From an uncultured Rickettsiales bacterium (GTDB taxonomy: Bacteria; Pseudomonadota; Alphaproteobacteria; Rickettsiales; RI-342), in NCBI GenBank assembly GCA_964435165.1, contig CAYSXY010000004.1, forward strand, positions 14,686 through 78,685: a stretch of 64,000 nt of DNA. Direction: 5' to 3'. The position numbers and the translations under genes are program-made. This document shows positions 47,184 through 57,422 of the stretch, piece after piece. Below the pieces are notes generated by a model. That model saw nothing but the letters and a program-made list of their open reading frames with translations, was not told where the DNA came from and did no database searches. How positions within the stretch are numbered: position 1 is the first letter of the stretch; every line of letters begins with the position of its first letter.

Positions 47184-48950
47184 TTACCCTGCTAAACGGT
47201 CGTTTTCAGCACCATTGGCCGGGCTATGCTGCATCTCCCACACTTGCTGCGCTTGGGGCAACAACTCATCATAGCGCGAAGAGGTGGTGATGCGCTGCTG
47301 GCTGGTCTGTTCAATGGTGTCCAACACATCCATCACTTTTTGCAACTCACTGGCACTGTTGACGCGATAGCGATAATCCTGATCGGCATGGGAAGAGCCC
47401 GGCGCATAGCACAACTGGTTCGGCACGGCATTAAACTGGCCGGACTCAATGAGCACTGCTCGCGTGTCATGTGCATCACGTATGAGGCGTGGCTGACCAT
47501 CAAGCATCAATTCGCCCGGGAAGATGCTGTCTTTCCAGCCGCTGAAATCGAGCTCAAAATACAGCGTGCCATCCGGCTGAATCATCTTCACCCCATCAAT
47601 GCGCGCGACTCGCTCTGCGACTGCCTGCACATTGTCGCGCAGCGTTTGGCGCAGCCATTCCAGATAGCGATCACCAAAGAGAATTTGTGCCTGGGCACGA
47701 GCCAGATTGTTGAGGAAGATATCTGTGCCTTCCACCATGTTATAATCGGCGGTCACATGCCCGCCATTGGTCGACATGTAATTGCGTGCCTGCTGCAGCA
47801 CACGATCGTTCATGCACGCGACCCAGCCGACACGAATGCCCGGCGCACCAAACTCTTTAGATTGCGAACGGGTTGAGGCCAGAAATCCCTCACGCATCAG
47901 TTGCGCTTCATTACTCTCACGTTGTTGGTCTGGTGCGCCTTCCTGCAACTGCAATTTGCCGTACGGGTCATCGTCAATCAGCAAAAAGTCAAGGCGTTGA
48001 TAATCGGGAAAGCGCTCCTCATCACCGGTTTCAGCAATACGCGCTTCTTTCAATTGACGGGCATGTTCTAAAAAACGCCCCATCACCACGTCGCGCTCTT
48101 CTGCGCTCGGGAATTGCTTGGTGCTTGGGTTGTTACCCATAATCGCCCCGCGTGCCTGCGGGTAGGCGTTCAAGGCTGCATCCACCATCTCAAGAGAGGG
48201 ATACCCTGCATCACCCATCGGCACTTCCACAACCTCGACTCCTTCGGGTATGGCATCAAACACGGTCGGCCATGCCGGCACAAACACCAGCACGACATCA
48301 CCGGGGTAGATTTCTTCTGCCACGGTTGCATTGCGTGCAGCCTCCGGCAATTGTGCCAGTTGATCTTCACCCACTAACTCCGAGATTGGCTGGTGACGCT
48401 CGATACGCGGCGTAAAGCTGGAGCCTAATTGGTGAATGATGGGTTTGACGCCGCCAGCCACATGAATATGGTCCGCATCGACAATGCCTTGCATGCCGGT
48501 ATCTTCTGCAAAGCGCCAGGCGGCAGCTTCGCGAAAATATTCTGTGACATTGCCCTTGATATATTGGTCGCTGCCTGCCGTTTTGTAGCGTTTATCTTCC
48601 GGCTGCGCTGCGTGAGCCTCTTTCAACTGATGGCGCAGCAACTGGCTCCAGGTCCAGCCCTGTTGTTCGGCAATGACCGCATCCTCATAGGCCAGTTCCG
48701 CAAACAGATCTTCCGCCGGAACAATCGCTTCACCCGGCGTAAAGCCTTTGGGCCACTGCCCGGCACCATAATCCTTTACCTCAATACCAGCCACCCTGGC
48801 ATAATCCGCTTCCTTGCCGACATTCATGGTCGGTGAGCCGCGATCGGCATGCTGGCCAGTCCAGGTAGAATAGCCATTATCCTGCATCACGGCCGATGAT
48901 TCATACGGAGCTGTCACCACATGGTGGTTGGCGTTTAATAGCTGACTCAT
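47184..48950 (-). CDS. Large (588 aa) PLP-dependent aminotransferase class I/II-fold protein
   Basis: PLP-lysine motif SQSKEFGAPGIRVGWV and NNPS. It has an unusually long N-terminal region and insertions. Confidence 0.65.
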   Translation of the reverse strand: MSQLLNANHHVVTAPYESSAVMQDNGYSTWTGQHADRGSPTMNVGKEADYARVAGIEVKDYGAGQWPKGFTPGEAIVPAEDLFAELAYEDAVIAEQQGWTWSQLLRHQLKEAHAAQPEDKRYKTAGSDQYIKGNVTEYFREAAAWRFAEDTGMQGIVDADHIHVAGGVKPIIHQLGSSFTPRIERHQPISELVGEDQLAQLPEAARNATVAEEIYPGDVVLVFVPAWPTVFDAIPEGVEVVEVPMGDAGYPSLEMVDAALNAYPQARGAIMGNNPSTKQFPSAEERDVVMGRFLEHARQLKEARIAETGDEERFPDYQRLDFLLIDDDPYGKLQLQEGAPDQQRESNEAQLMREGFLASTRSQSKEFGAPGIRVGWVACMNDRVLQQARNYMSTNGGHVTADYNMVEGTDIFLNNLARAQAQILFGDRYLEWLRQTLRDNVQAVAERVARIDGVKMIQPDGTLYFELDFSGWKDSIFPGELMLDGQPRLIRDAHDTRAVLIESGQFNAVPNQLCYAPGSSHADQDYRYRVNSASELQKVMDVLDTIEQTSQQRITTSSRYDELLPQAQQVWEMQHSPANGAENDRLAG

Positions 48951-49140
48951 GGCAGCGCCTCTCTTTTTTGTTTATTTATTAACTAATTCATCTGTTAACC
49001 AAAAGCCATTAGCGGATGGCCAGAGAGGCGTCAAGTCGTTTACCCAGCACTGTATTTCATGATTCAACCATTGTGTTGCTTTAGCCAATCGCGTATCTCT
49101 GTGATTCTTTGACTCTAATGCGGTGAAACGAGGGCGGCAG

Positions 49141-50367
49141 ATGACCAAAATAGTAGTGCAACATCCGGTGGTGGAAATCGATGGCGATGAGATGGCCCGC
49201 ATCATGTGGGCGATGATCAAGGAAAAGCTGATTCTGCCTTATGTCGATGTTGATATTAAATATTTTGATCTGTCGGTCACCGAACGTGACAAAACCAACG
49301 ATCAAATCACCATTGATGCCGCTCATGCTATTAAAGAACACGGGGTGGGTATCAAATGCGCCACTATCACGCCCGATGAAGGCCGTGTGGAAGAATTTGG
49401 CCTCAAAGAGATGTGGAGATCACCGAATGGGACGATCCGTAATATTCTTGGCGGTACCGTGTTTCGTGAGCCGATTATCTGCAAGAATGTGCCCCGCCTC
49501 GTCACGACGTGGGAGCGCCCTATTGTCATTGGCCGTCACGCTTTTGGCGACCAGTACCGGGCGACGAATATTCGCATTCCCGGCAAAGGCAAACTCACCC
49601 TCACCTTCACGCCTGAGAATGGCGAGCCGGAAGTGCATGAAGTGTTTGACTTTCCGGATAGTGGTGTGGCCATGGGCATGTATAACCTCGATGAATCCAT
49701 TCGTGGATTTGCCAGAGCCTGTATGAATTATGGACTCCAGCGCGGCTGGCCGGTCTATCTCTCCACCAAGAATACCATTTTGAAAGTCTATGACGGTCGC
49801 TTCAAGGATCTGTTTCAGGAAGTGTATGAACAGGAATTTGAAGATAAATTCAAAGCGAAGAATATTGTCTATGAACATCGGCTGATTGATGATCTGGTAG
49901 CCAGTGCGCTCAAATGGGATGGCGGGTTTATATGGGCTTGCAAAAATTATGATGGGGATGTGCAGTCCGACATGGTCGCACAGGGTTTTGGCTCACTTGG
50001 GCTGATGACATCCGTGCTCATGACACCGGATGGCAAGACGGTGGAAGCGGAGGCTGCCCATGGCACCGTGACCCGGCATTATCGCCAGCATCAGCAAGGC
50101 AAGGACACCTCCACCAACCCGATCGCCTCGATTTTCGCCTGGACGCGTGGTCTTGGCTTCCGTGCCAAGTTTGATGGCAATAGCGCCCTGGCGGCTTTTG
50201 CTGAGACGTTAGAACAGGTCTGTATCGACACCGTGGAATCCGGCCAGATGACCAAAGACCTTGCGCTGCTCATCGATAAAAATCAACCATGGCTGACGAC
50301 GCAGCAGTTTTTAGAGGCAATCGACGCTAATTTGCGTAGCCGGATGCAATCACAAGCCGCCGCATAA
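49141..50367 (+). CDS. NADP-dependent isocitrate dehydrogenase, eukaryote-like (IDH1/2) homodimeric type
   Basis: [31 protein letters not shown] and [19 protein letters not shown]. The start is set at the ATG at 49141. Confidence 0.9.
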   Translation: MTKIVVQHPVVEIDGDEMARIMWAMIKEKLILPYVDVDIKYFDLSVTERDKTNDQITIDAAHAIKEHGVGIKCATITPDEGRVEEFGLKEMWRSPNGTIRNILGGTVFREPIICKNVPRLVTTWERPIVIGRHAFGDQYRATNIRIPGKGKLTLTFTPENGEPEVHEVFDFPDSGVAMGMYNLDESIRGFARACMNYGLQRGWPVYLSTKNTILKVYDGRFKDLFQEVYEQEFEDKFKAKNIVYEHRLIDDLVASALKWDGGFIWACKNYDGDVQSDMVAQGFGSLGLMTSVLMTPDGKTVEAEAAHGTVTRHYRQHQQGKDTSTNPIASIFAWTRGLGFRAKFDGNSALAAFAETLEQVCIDTVESGQMTKDLALLIDKNQPWLTTQQFLEAIDANLRSRMQSQAAA

Positions 50368-50379
50368 GGAGCCTACCGT

Positions 50380-51081
50380 ATGTCGCATAGTGGGAGTATT
50401 ACCTCCGTATTGGTTCCCATCCATAAGGAAGGGCACAAGTTCATCGCTATCTTTGGCGGTGTGGCCCTATTGCTGTTTTTGTTATCGGACACGCTTGGCT
50501 TTCTGGGAATGCTGGCGACCTTATGGTGCATCTATTTTTTTCGCGATCCTGCACGGACGACACCATCGCGCGAAGGGTTGATTATCAGCCCGGCCGATGG
50601 GCTGGTGCAGGCCATTAGCTCAGTATCGCCGCCTGCAGAATTGGAGATGGGTGATAACCCGCTTACGCGCATCAGCATTTTCATGAATGTGTTTGACGTC
50701 CATGTAAATCGCAGCCCTGTCAGTGCAACCATCAGCAAGATGCATTATTATGCCGGAGCTTTCCTCAACGCGTCGCTGGATAAGGCGAGCGAGAAAAATG
50801 AGCGGCAGGCGTTTCGGCTGACCCTGGACAATGGACAGGACATCGCTGTTGTGCAAATTGCCGGACTGGTGGCACGTCGTATCATTGCCTTTAAATCGGT
50901 GGAGGATAAGGTTGAGGCCGGTGAGCGCATCGGCATGATTCGCTTTGGCAGCCGGGTCGATGTCTATCTGCCCAAAGGGGTTAACCCGCAGGTAATCGAG
51001 GGCCAACGTGCATTAGCTGGTGAGACCGTGCTGGCCGACATGAACGCTGCTGAACCGGCCCGGCAGGGCAAGGCGGCATAA
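50380..51081 (+). CDS. psd: Phosphatidylserine decarboxylase proenzyme (short alpha-type)
   Basis: FFRDPAR, ISPADG and the self-cleavage region [12 protein letters not shown]. Confidence 0.88.
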   Translation: MSHSGSITSVLVPIHKEGHKFIAIFGGVALLLFLLSDTLGFLGMLATLWCIYFFRDPARTTPSREGLIISPADGLVQAISSVSPPAELEMGDNPLTRISIFMNVFDVHVNRSPVSATISKMHYYAGAFLNASLDKASEKNERQAFRLTLDNGQDIAVVQIAGLVARRIIAFKSVEDKVEAGERIGMIRFGSRVDVYLPKGVNPQVIEGQRALAGETVLADMNAAEPARQGKAA

Positions 51082-51082
51082 G

Positions 51083-51871
51083 ATGCGCAGGCCCCGCTTG
51101 CGTCCGGCCATACGCCGCAAACGCCGCGTGGTGTCCATCAGTCGGCTGGTGCCGAATTTTGTTACGCTGATCGGCCTGTGTGTAGGCTTAAGTTCAATTC
51201 GCTTTGCGCTGGATGAACGCTGGCATCATGCGGTAGCGGCGATTTTGCTTGCGGGAATCATTGACGGCATGGATGGCCGACTTGCACGGCTACTCAAAGC
51301 CACCAGCGAATTTGGTGCTCAGCTTGATTCGCTCTCTGATTTCGTCAATTTTGGCGTGGCACCAGGGTTATTGATTTATCTGTGGTCGACCTATGAATTA
51401 CGCGGATTTGGTTGGGCAATCGTTCTACTGTTCGCGGTGTGCTGTGTCATACGCCTCGCACGGTTTAATATCAGCATCCTGGATGATGATGAGGATGAGC
51501 GCCCAGCCTGGCGGGAGCGCTTTTTCGTCGGCGTGCCCTCACCGGCCGGAGCCATGCTGGCGCTCGCCCCCATCATGATCTGGCTGGAGTGGGAGATGGA
51601 ACTGTTGCGCGAACCTTATGTCATGGCAGCCTGGTTAACATTGGTCGCCATGCTGATGGCCAGCCGGTTGCCCACCTATTCGCTCAAAAAGATCGTCATT
51701 CGACATGACCTTGCCCTGCCTATCATGCTGTTGGCGGCATTGTTTATCATATCACTGGTCACCGAGCCCTGGCTTACTCTGGCGGCCATTTCCATCCTCT
51801 ATGGGCTGAGTATTATCGTCAGCGTCTTACATTACAAGCGCCTCTACCATCATGTGCCGGACACGCTTTAG
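51083..51871 (+). CDS. pssA: CDP-diacylglycerol--serine O-phosphatidyltransferase
   Basis: Exact CDP-alcohol phosphatidyltransferase motif DGRLAR-x8-G-x3-D-x3-D (DGRLARLLKATSEFGAQLDSLSD). It follows psd by 1 nt. Confidence 0.88.
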   Translation: MRRPRLRPAIRRKRRVVSISRLVPNFVTLIGLCVGLSSIRFALDERWHHAVAAILLAGIIDGMDGRLARLLKATSEFGAQLDSLSDFVNFGVAPGLLIYLWSTYELRGFGWAIVLLFAVCCVIRLARFNISILDDDEDERPAWRERFFVGVPSPAGAMLALAPIMIWLEWEMELLREPYVMAAWLTLVAMLMASRLPTYSLKKIVIRHDLALPIMLLAALFIISLVTEPWLTLAAISILYGLSIIVSVLHYKRLYHHVPDTL

Positions 51872-51880
51872 ATAGTGTTG

Positions 51881-52141
51881 TCAGCCATGCCGTATTTTGA
51901 GAATCAGAATGGTGCATGCCAGCCCCAGCGTCACAATGTTGGCGATGATCATGGGCGGGCGTTCCAGCATGATGCCATAAATCAACCAGAATAAGACGCC
52001 CGTTGTAAACATGGCATACATCCAGAGCGAAATGTCGCGCGTATGTTTGGTGCGGATCACCATCACCGCCTGGGGAACAAAACACAGGGTGGTGAGAATT
52101 GCGGCAATGGTGCCAAAAATGTCAGCGCTGGTAAATTCCAT
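51881..52141 (-). CDS. SemiSWEET / PQ-loop family transporter (86 aa, 3 TM)
   Basis: LCFVPQAVMVIRTKHTRDISLWMY...FWLIYG is the PQ-loop signature. Confidence 0.8.
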   Translation of the reverse strand: MEFTSADIFGTIAAILTTLCFVPQAVMVIRTKHTRDISLWMYAMFTTGVLFWLIYGIMLERPPMIIANIVTLGLACTILILKIRHG

Positions 52142-52164
52142 TATCTCAACTTTTTATTTGCTCC

Positions 52165-52210
52165 CGTGCTCGTCCTGCTGACTCGCACATTGAGCGCAGC
52201 TCAAGGCTGC
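52165..52210 (+). repeat. Solitary copy (cluster 5) of the ctgactcgcaca...gctcaaggctgc repeat
   Basis: cgtgctcgtcctgctgactcgcacattgagcgcagctcaaggctgc is homologous to 36597-36645 and, in inverse orientation, to 44277-44320. Confidence 0.8.
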
Positions 52211-52305
52211 GCCTAGCCTACAGGCCTCTGTTTCACTTTATAATTGATAGTTATTGTCAGTCATAGAAATTGATTATTGTGTATCACAAAAAATATGTTT
52301 CATCT

Positions 52306-52335
52306 CTTGAAATCCCATATTTCACACCCAATGTA
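52306..52335 (+). promoter_or_regulatory. Candidate RpoH (sigma-32) heat-shock promoter for hsp20
   Basis: CTTGAAA-N14-CCCAATGTA compared with the consensus CTTGAAA-N13-15-CCCCATNT. It lies about 90 nt upstream of the hsp20 ATG. Confidence 0.4.
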
Positions 52336-52423
52336 TGTAATTACAGGATGCCTGTATGGGTCCTGTCCATCATAAATCGCGCGATGGATGGTATGTACTT
52401 GCTTAATCAAGGAGATCAATACC

Positions 52424-52903
52424 ATGAATACGTTATCTTTATCCCCTCTTTTTCGTCAATCCGTCGGGTTTGACCGGTATAATGACTTGTTCAATTCGCT
52501 GCTTGGCAGTGAAGAGAGCGCCCCTTCCTACCCACCTTATAATATTGAGCGGAAGGATGAAAATCATTACCGAATCGTCATGGCCGTTGCCGGGTTTGCC
52601 CCGGAAGAGGTCGATGTGGTTGCTACCGCCAATACATTGGAGATCAGCGGCCAGGTTGTGGAGAACTCCGGCGATGATGCACCTCAGATAGAGTATCTGC
52701 ATAAGGGCATTGCCACGCGCGCCTTCAAGCGCAGCTTCAGCCTTGCCGATCATGTGCAGGTGCAGGCAGCGCGGATGGAAAATGGCCTGCTTGTGATCGA
52801 GCTGGAGCGCGTCATTCCTGAAGAGAAACAGCCGCGCAGTATTCCGATTCTGACGGATGAATCATCCAAGCCGCGCCTGCGTGACAAACGCCAATCCAAC
52901 TGA
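52424..52903 (+). CDS. Small heat-shock protein (Hsp20/IbpA family)
   Basis: PPYNIERKDENHYRIVMAVAGFAPEEVDV...LEISG...GIATRAFKRSFSLAD...NGLLVIEL forms an alpha-crystallin domain. RBS aaggag lies 9 nt upstream of the ATG at 52424. Confidence 0.9.
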   Translation: MNTLSLSPLFRQSVGFDRYNDLFNSLLGSEESAPSYPPYNIERKDENHYRIVMAVAGFAPEEVDVVATANTLEISGQVVENSGDDAPQIEYLHKGIATRAFKRSFSLADHVQVQAARMENGLLVIELERVIPEEKQPRSIPILTDESSKPRLRDKRQSN

Positions 52904-52936
52904 TTGATAGAATTGTTTCAACACTCCCCTCAGCTA

Positions 52937-52969
52937 CCCCGCTGCCACGATGGCAGCGGGGATTTTTTT
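52937..52969 (+). terminator. Rho-independent terminator after hsp20
   Basis: ccccgctgcc-acgat-ggcagcgggg is a 10-bp stem, followed by ATTTTTTTA. It abuts the stop of the convergent RND gene. Confidence 0.8.
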
Positions 52970-55900
52970 ATGCTGCAGCCGTTCGTTTGTGTAGGTGATC
53001 ACGCCAATTGCCCAGTTTTTCAGCAATCACATGCCACAGCAAAAGCAGTGCAGGCGTAAAGAACAAGGTGAGAATCGTGGCAAACGCCAATCCCCCGGCG
53101 ATCGAGGTGGAGAGTTGTTGCCACCACTGGCTGGAGGGTGCGCCGAAGGTAATATCGCGCGCGGCAAAATCGATATTCATGCCGACCACCATCGGCAAAA
53201 GGCCAAGCACGGTTGTTCCTGCCGTCAGGAGAATTGGCCGCAGACGCTGCGCGCCAGTGCGAATGAGCGCTTCCTTCACAGCCACGCCCTGTGCCAATAA
53301 TTTGCTGTAGGTATCGATAAAGATAATGTTGTTGTTCACCACAATTCCGGCAAGCGAGATCACGCCGACACCACACATGACGATGCCGAACGGTTGATCG
53401 GTAATCAACAGCCCCAACAAGACGCCACCGGTGGAAAAGAACACGGCACTCATCACTACAATCGTGTAATAAATGCTGTTAAATTGCGTCACCATAATCA
53501 GGAACATACCAAACAGCGCCAGAACGAATGCCCCCATCAAAAACTGGCCGGCTTCTCGTTGCTCTTCATCTTCGCCTTTAAAGCTCACCTGAACGCGTGG
53601 GTCCCATTCCTGCTGCCCCAGCCAGTCAGTCAACTCGCTGACTTTTTGATCGGGCAGAATATCCGGCACCACATCAGCTTTAATGGTCATCACCCGCATC
53701 TGATCGACCCGGTCAATGGTGTTGATGGTTGGCTGTGCCTCACGCTGGACAAAATTACCGAGTGGCACCCGTTCGCCGGAGGCGGTGGTAATGCGCAGGC
53801 GCTCCAACTGACTGATAGTGCGTTCCGACTCCGGAAAGCGCACCACTACATCGAGTTCTTCATCTGCATCATCTGGTCGGTAGGTATCGGCAATCAACCC
53901 GTTACTGACCAGTTTCATAAAACTTCCTGCCAATAACACATCCGCCCCAAAGCGGCTCGCCAGTTCGCGGTTGATCCGATACTGCCACTCAATTTCCGGA
54001 ATGGGCCGACTATCTTCCAGATCACGAAACCCGCCTATCTCTTCCATCCCCTGGCGAAAAGTGGCGATGGCGGTCGGCAATAATTCCGGAAAACGGCTGC
54101 GAAATTCAATCTGCACCGGCTTACCCACCGGTGGGCCAGCTTCCTGCTCGCGAATCTCGACAATAATGCCGGGCATGTCTTCCGTGCGCTGCAAGATATC
54201 CTCTTTCAATTCACTGGCCGGGCGGCGCGTGCGCCAATGCGCCAATTCCATGGTAATCTGCCCAATCACATCTTCAGCCAGTTCCTGCTGATTGTTACGG
54301 CCGGTGCGTGTGTAGAACATGCGAATTTCGTCACTGAGCGGTGCGATGCGACCATAGACCTGCTGCATGACGCTATCGCGTTCGTCAATGGAAAGATTAC
54401 CGCGCGCATGCACCAGCAGACTCATATTCTCCGGTTCAACATCCGGGAAGAACTCTACCCCTTTGCCAAAATTGGCATAGAGAATAAACAGCACAATCAT
54501 CACACCAATCAGTCCCATCACCGCCCGGCCCGGCATAGACAGCATCAAAGTCAGCAGCCTGAGATAGCGTAGGGTGAAAGGATGGAGCGATGTCATGGAC
54601 GCATCCCACGGCTCGTCATCATCCGCCTGTGTTGCTTCGCGTCTTTTCGTATCTTGAGACGGCTGGCGACGATTAAGCCATTCACCGACGGTTGCGCCAA
54701 TTGTCGGCAGGAAAATCAATGCCATCATGAGAGAGCCGGTTAGCGTGACCATCAATGTGACCGGCATGTATTTCATGAACTCGCCCACCGTCCCCGGCCA
54801 GAACAAGAGTGGCAGGAAGACGATCAAGGTTGTCACGGTAGATGAAATGACCGGCCAGGCCATGCGCTTTGCCGCCCCTCCATAGGCTGCATGTATGTTC
54901 CAGCCTTCGCCACGCTTGCGGTCCGCATATTCGGAGACAACAATGGCGGCGTCCACCAGCATGCCGATTGACAGAATCAGGCTGAACAGCACCACGATAT
55001 TCAGCGTCATGCCCATCAATTGCAAAAAGAGAATGCCGGTCAAAAATGCTCCCGGTACGGCCAGTGCCACCAAGGCCGCTGAACGTAGGCCCATGAAGGC
55101 GATAATGACGACCATCACCAGAAACACGGCAAAAATGATGTTATTTTGCAAATTCGCCAGCATCTCCCGGATGGTGCCGGAGCGATCCTGTGCAAACGCA
55201 ACCTGCAAGGCGCCTGGCCAGTATTTCTGCTCTTCCCCGACGACCTCGCGCACTGCCTCGACCGTTTCGATAATATTCTCACCGGTGCGCTTGCTTACTT
55301 CCAGCGTGATCGAGCGCTGGCCATTGGCTGAGGCATAGCCCGTCGCGTCCTTGAAGCCGCGACGGACGGTGGCCACATCAATGAGACGTACCTCGGCGTT
55401 ATCTCCCGTCACCACCGGCAGATTTAGAAAATCTTTCGCCTCTTCTAACAATCCAGGAATTTTAATGGCAAAGCTACCATCGCCCGTATCCATGGCGCCT
55501 GCCGCCACCAACACGTTGTTATTGCTAAAAATTTGCAGTGTATCGCCCGGTGTCAGGCCATAACTTTCAAGCAAGAGAGGGTCGATAATCACCTCCAGCG
55601 CTTCTTCTCTGTCACCGGCAATGTTAGCAGTGAGTACCTGCGGCAAAGCTTCAATCTTATCGCGCAGTTCTCTTGCAATTCGTACCATCTGGCGTTCGGA
55701 AACGCGTCCACTCAAAATAACATTCAGGACAGGAAACAGGCTGAGATTGATTTCATGAACCGTCGGCTCATCTATATCATCCGGCAGTTCAGGACGTGCT
55801 TCATCGACCTTCTCGCGCACATCAATCAAGGCATTGTCGCTGTCAAATCCGGCATAAAATTCCAGGATGACATTACCGCCTCCTTCATAGGCCTTGCTGC

Positions 55901-56144
55901 GCAATTCCTTAATACCGTCAATGGCGCTGAGTTTTTTCTCTAAGGGCCGTAGCAGGAGCCGCTCGCTATCTTCCGGCGAAATACCTTCATAATGCATAGC
56001 GACATAAATGATGGGAATCTGCACATCCGGCTCGGACTCCTTAGGAATCGCATTGTACGCGGCAATGCCGGTCACCAGAATGAGGACAAAGACCAGCATC
56101 ACCGTACGGGCGCGATTCATCGCGCTGTCAATGATGGTGTTCAT
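52968..56144 (-). CDS. RND-family efflux transporter permease (AcrB/AcrD/AcrF type)
   Basis: 1058 aa with 12-TM/2-loop architecture and conserved RND sequence blocks (e.g. SLILSIGMLVDAAIVV). Confidence 0.9.
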   Translation of the reverse strand: MNTIIDSAMNRARTVMLVFVLILVTGIAAYNAIPKESEPDVQIPIIYVAMHYEGISPEDSERLLLRPLEKKLSAIDGIKELRSKAYEGGGNVILEFYAGFDSDNALIDVREKVDEARPELPDDIDEPTVHEINLSLFPVLNVILSGRVSERQMVRIARELRDKIEALPQVLTANIAGDREEALEVIIDPLLLESYGLTPGDTLQIFSNNNVLVAAGAMDTGDGSFAIKIPGLLEEAKDFLNLPVVTGDNAEVRLIDVATVRRGFKDATGYASANGQRSITLEVSKRTGENIIETVEAVREVVGEEQKYWPGALQVAFAQDRSGTIREMLANLQNNIIFAVFLVMVVIIAFMGLRSAALVALAVPGAFLTGILFLQLMGMTLNIVVLFSLILSIGMLVDAAIVVSEYADRKRGEGWNIHAAYGGAAKRMAWPVISSTVTTLIVFLPLLFWPGTVGEFMKYMPVTLMVTLTGSLMMALIFLPTIGATVGEWLNRRQPSQDTKRREATQADDDEPWDASMTSLHPFTLRYLRLLTLMLSMPGRAVMGLIGVMIVLFILYANFGKGVEFFPDVEPENMSLLVHARGNLSIDERDSVMQQVYGRIAPLSDEIRMFYTRTGRNNQQELAEDVIGQITMELAHWRTRRPASELKEDILQRTEDMPGIIVEIREQEAGPPVGKPVQIEFRSRFPELLPTAIATFRQGMEEIGGFRDLEDSRPIPEIEWQYRINRELASRFGADVLLAGSFMKLVSNGLIADTYRPDDADEELDVVVRFPESERTISQLERLRITTASGERVPLGNFVQREAQPTINTIDRVDQMRVMTIKADVVPDILPDQKVSELTDWLGQQEWDPRVQVSFKGEDEEQREAGQFLMGAFVLALFGMFLIMVTQFNSIYYTIVVMSAVFFSTGGVLLGLLITDQPFGIVMCGVGVISLAGIVVNNNIIFIDTYSKLLAQGVAVKEALIRTGAQRLRPILLTAGTTVLGLLPMVVGMNIDFAARDITFGAPSSQWWQQLSTSIAGGLAFATILTLFFTPALLLLWHVIAEKLGNWRDHLHKRTAAA

Positions 56145-57289
56145 GGTGCCGTCTCTTCCTGCTGTCCATTGTCGGCACTCATTTCTTCTTCAGATGGCAA
56201 GCGTGCTGCATCGATGTCACTGAGCGTCAATGCAACCTTTTCGCCATCGCTGACATAAGGCCCTCCAAGCGTAATCACGGTGGCCTGCTCTGGCAGCCCG
56301 GTCAGCCAGATGCCGTTGCCCGTGTCGCGAATAATCTCCACCGGGTAGAAAACGACGATGCTTGCTGCATCCACCGTTTTAATACCAAGCTGGCCTTTTT
56401 CATCAAGCACCAGGCTGGATTTGGGCAGGAGATGCGCCCGCATCCGCTCCACCGGTATGCGCAGCTCCGCCGTCACCCCTACGGGCACGGTGCGATCCGG
56501 ATTCGGCACCTCCACTTCAATGCGAAAGGTATGGGTGGCCGGTTCTGCCACCACGCTGACATAGCGCACTTCACCGGTGAGTGAACGCCCATCGGCCAGC
56601 TGAATATCAGCCGGAAGTCCGGCCCTGATATCGGAAAAATCAAATTCCGTCACCTGACCGTGAATCACAATCGGATGGTTATCCACCACGCGCGCCACCA
56701 GCGTCTGATTGGCTTTCACCAATTCACCCAGCTCGACCTCAATACGGTCTACCGTCCCATCGAAAGGGGCGCGTACGCTCAGTTGCGAGACCAAGGTGCG
56801 TGCCAGTTCCAGATCGGCATTGGCTTCTTCCAACAGCGCTTTTTTCTCTGCCAGTTGAATATTACTGATAAACCCCTGTTTTGCCAGCTTCTGCGCCGCC
56901 TGATAATCGATGCGGCGCTGCTTGACCCGGGCATCCGCCTTGTTGAGGCGTGCCTCCCGGTCTTTCACTTCCAATGTGACAATCGGGGCGCTCCGTTCAA
57001 TCACCTCGCCTTCCGTGGCGTTGACCTCTGTGACCCTGCCTTCCAGCTCCGAATACAGCTCTACCATACGATTGGCTTCCGACCGGCCATATAGCACGAT
57101 ATAGCGACTCACATCCTGTGCAGCCGTCACCATGCCACGCACTGCAAAAGGTTCTGTTTCCTGAGTTTGCGTATCTTCTTCCGATCGATCCGAGGGAAAA
57201 ATGAGTCCGGATAACAACCACAGCGCCATGAGCCCGGCCAGCAGCCATGCCAGTTGCACGCGCGACAGTGAACGCAACCATGTTATCAC
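56141..57289 (-). CDS. RND efflux periplasmic adaptor (membrane fusion protein, HlyD/AcrA family)
   Basis: N-terminal anchor, coiled-coil hairpin and beta-barrel regions. It overlaps the RND start by 4 nt. Confidence 0.85.
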   Translation of the reverse strand: MITWLRSLSRVQLAWLLAGLMALWLLSGLIFPSDRSEEDTQTQETEPFAVRGMVTAAQDVSRYIVLYGRSEANRMVELYSELEGRVTEVNATEGEVIERSAPIVTLEVKDREARLNKADARVKQRRIDYQAAQKLAKQGFISNIQLAEKKALLEEANADLELARTLVSQLSVRAPFDGTVDRIEVELGELVKANQTLVARVVDNHPIVIHGQVTEFDFSDIRAGLPADIQLADGRSLTGEVRYVSVVAEPATHTFRIEVEVPNPDRTVPVGVTAELRIPVERMRAHLLPKSSLVLDEKGQLGIKTVDAASIVVFYPVEIIRDTGNGIWLTGLPEQATVITLGGPYVSDGEKVALTLSDIDAARLPSEEEMSADNGQQEETAP

Positions 57290-57422
57290 TCTTAGTTCCT
57301 TTCTCAGAAACGGGTTAACGCGTCACACCTGTCATAACACGCATGGCATTTGTGCATCGATTGACCCGGGCGTCTTTATAAATTAAACGTCACGCCAGAC
57401 CAACCTTTATTCTGAGCCGTTT

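Noticed and set aside
47226-47876. 216-aa + strand ORF (and others up to 48836)
   Set aside because: These are antisense to the 588-aa aminotransferase, which carries the PLP-lysine motif.
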